Assembly: GCA_963792535.1 (NCBI GenBank)
Contig: CAWBWQ010000001.1
Span: 288,001-352,000 of the forward strand
Origin: an uncultured Phycisphaerales bacterium
GTDB taxonomy: Bacteria > Planctomycetota > Phycisphaerae > Tepidisphaerales > Tepidisphaeraceae
Length of the DNA: 64,000 nucleotides
Reading direction: 5' to 3'
The notes beneath the pieces are model-generated. The model had not been told where the DNA came from. It made no database searches and saw only the letters and a program-made list of their open reading frames with translations. This document shows, in pieces, positions 62,556-64,000 of this stretch; position 1 is the first letter of the stretch; every line of letters begins with the position of its first letter. Both the position numbers and the translations under genes were made by a program.

Positions 62556-62754
62556 GCCGGGCTGGTACACGCGCGTCGTTAGTCGATCTGGCTGTGCTTC
62601 AGCAGTGTGCCCGCCCCACGGCATCAAACTTGCGATTGCGAAGTTCTGAACGCAGTTTTGAAATTGGGGAGTCGCATTTTCCTTGATTTTTTGGGCCGAT
62701 TGGGCACTGTTAATACAGCCCGATGATGCCTTGGCAGTAAACCACGGGATAACG

Positions 62755-63717
62755 GTGAACACTTCCATACCGAAAAATAAGCAATTCCAAGGCCTGAACT
62801 ACGGATTTACGCTGGTCGAATTGCTCATTGTGATCGGAATCATTGCGCTGCTCATCGCGTTGCTGCTGCCGGTAGTCTCCCGCGCGAGGCAAAGTGCGCA
62901 GAGCGTCAAGTGCGCCGCCAAACTCCATACACTCGGGCAACTGCTTGTGCTGCATGCAAATGATCACAAAGGGTACCTGCCGCTTGCGGGCAATATCGTT
63001 CCAGGCACGGACCTGACCGGCATTGACGATTCGCAATCTCTTGGCGATGAAACAAAGCAGAGATACGTTTACTACGAGAACACGCCCGGGCAATGCCGCG
63101 TGACAGCTTTGCCGGCAGCGCTCGCGCCTTATATAGGCAATCAATCCGTGCGCGACGACTCCTGGCAGAACGTAGAAACCGACATCGGTACGGGTCAGAT
63201 TCAGGAAGCTTTCGTGTGCCCGCTGGATGAGAAGACACTCGATCGCAGTTACGGGGCACAGCAGTGGATCCGCAATTACGCCGGCAGCAGCGAGGACGAA
63301 ACCTTCCTGACCGGGTGGTCGAGCTACGGTGTTAATTCTGAAGTCTTCGGATGGACAGACGCCGGCGTCAACGGAACAACTGGCCACTCGCGTGCGCGAG
63401 GCAATATCGCGGGCATTCCGCACTCGAGCGAAACGATGCTCATGTGTGACACCAGTGCGGCGATCGAAATCTGGGTGCTCGCGCCGCAGCTTTCTCTTGG
63501 CGATGTCTATCTTGGGACGGGCGGAACTGTTGGCGGCGATGTGTTCGACCTCAAGCGGCACCGCGGTCGAATGAACATTCTTTTCGTCGACGGCCACGTC
63601 GATAGCCCCGCCATCCTCAGCACCGGCGCCACCTCATCCGCTGCACCGATAGGTTCACCCACCAATTCACCGTCCGGCGCACTCATGAGCGTGTCTATGG
63701 ACAAAGATTTCCGCTGA
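62755..63717 (+). CDS. prepilin-type N-methylation / H-X9-DG protein (DUF1559-like)
   Basis: GFTLVELLIVIGIIALLIALLLP and RHRGRMNILFVDGHV. Confidence 0.92.
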   Translation: MNTSIPKNKQFQGLNYGFTLVELLIVIGIIALLIALLLPVVSRARQSAQSVKCAAKLHTLGQLLVLHANDHKGYLPLAGNIVPGTDLTGIDDSQSLGDETKQRYVYYENTPGQCRVTALPAALAPYIGNQSVRDDSWQNVETDIGTGQIQEAFVCPLDEKTLDRSYGAQQWIRNYAGSSEDETFLTGWSSYGVNSEVFGWTDAGVNGTTGHSRARGNIAGIPHSSETMLMCDTSAAIEIWVLAPQLSLGDVYLGTGGTVGGDVFDLKRHRGRMNILFVDGHVDSPAILSTGATSSAAPIGSPTNSPSGALMSVSMDKDFR

Positions 63718-63877
63718 TCAATTCCGTCGACTGCAATTCCATTTCACCCAGGCAAACAACTTGCCCGATTGAAATCCTTTCATCGAAATCATTGTCATCA
63801 CAAGCGTGATACTGGCCGTAAAACCGTGCCTATTGCGTTTCCCGCGGATGGCACCTTGCTTGCGATGAAGCATGTTC

Positions 63878-64000
63878 ATGATGAACACGCTTACAAAACC
63901 CCTTGAACTCCACACCGCCGCCGTCCTGCAAACACCGTCGGATTTGATGACCGGCGGTGTCGCCGAAGTATCGGTTGTCCTCCGACAGCTTCTCGCGGAT
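63878..64000 (+). CDS. dps: probable Dps family protein (3' partial)
   Basis: LQTPSDLMTGGVAEVSVVLRQLLAD resembles Dps N-termini; runs off the window and is not in the ORF track. Confidence 0.6.
   Translation, partial: MMNTLTKPLELHTAAVLQTPSDLMTGGVAEVSVVLRQLLAD

Noticed and set aside
63718..63915. 65-aa minus-strand ORF
   Set aside because: No recognisable features; the plus-strand Dps-like frame is better supported

Overview
64-kb bacterial window, most likely Planctomycetota (Phycisphaerae/Tepidisphaerales-like). The evidence is LExR-xxxS extracellular motifs, a prepilin/H-X9-DG protein, PEP-CTERM, two ECF sigma/Ser-Thr kinase pairs and a GYDLRAS..RCPECG Zn-ribbon protein. 1-13.3 kb is housekeeping: dxr-rseP, a shortened MnmE-like GTPase, fliS, fliD, dacB, a GT-C protein, tRNA-Gly and an M16 peptidase. 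13.3-39 kb is accessory: a palindrome-bounded mosaic built on a fragmented DNA methyltransferase-Mrr gene with cargo genes and TA modules, a SUKH-WD40 fusion, three tandem GH92 mannosidases with a modular GH130-like enzyme, and large secreted repeat proteins. 39-64 kb holds GT4, an S55 peptidase, a PqqD-like protein, a DEAD helicase, class I aldolase, a globin, a sigma54 activator, ECF/kinase modules, a PEP-CTERM/prepilin pair and the start of a probable dps. About 15 small frameshifts in otherwise intact genes suggest long-read indel errors. The most unusual element is the 14.1-17.3 kb mosaic. All family calls come from motif recognition by eye, not database searches.
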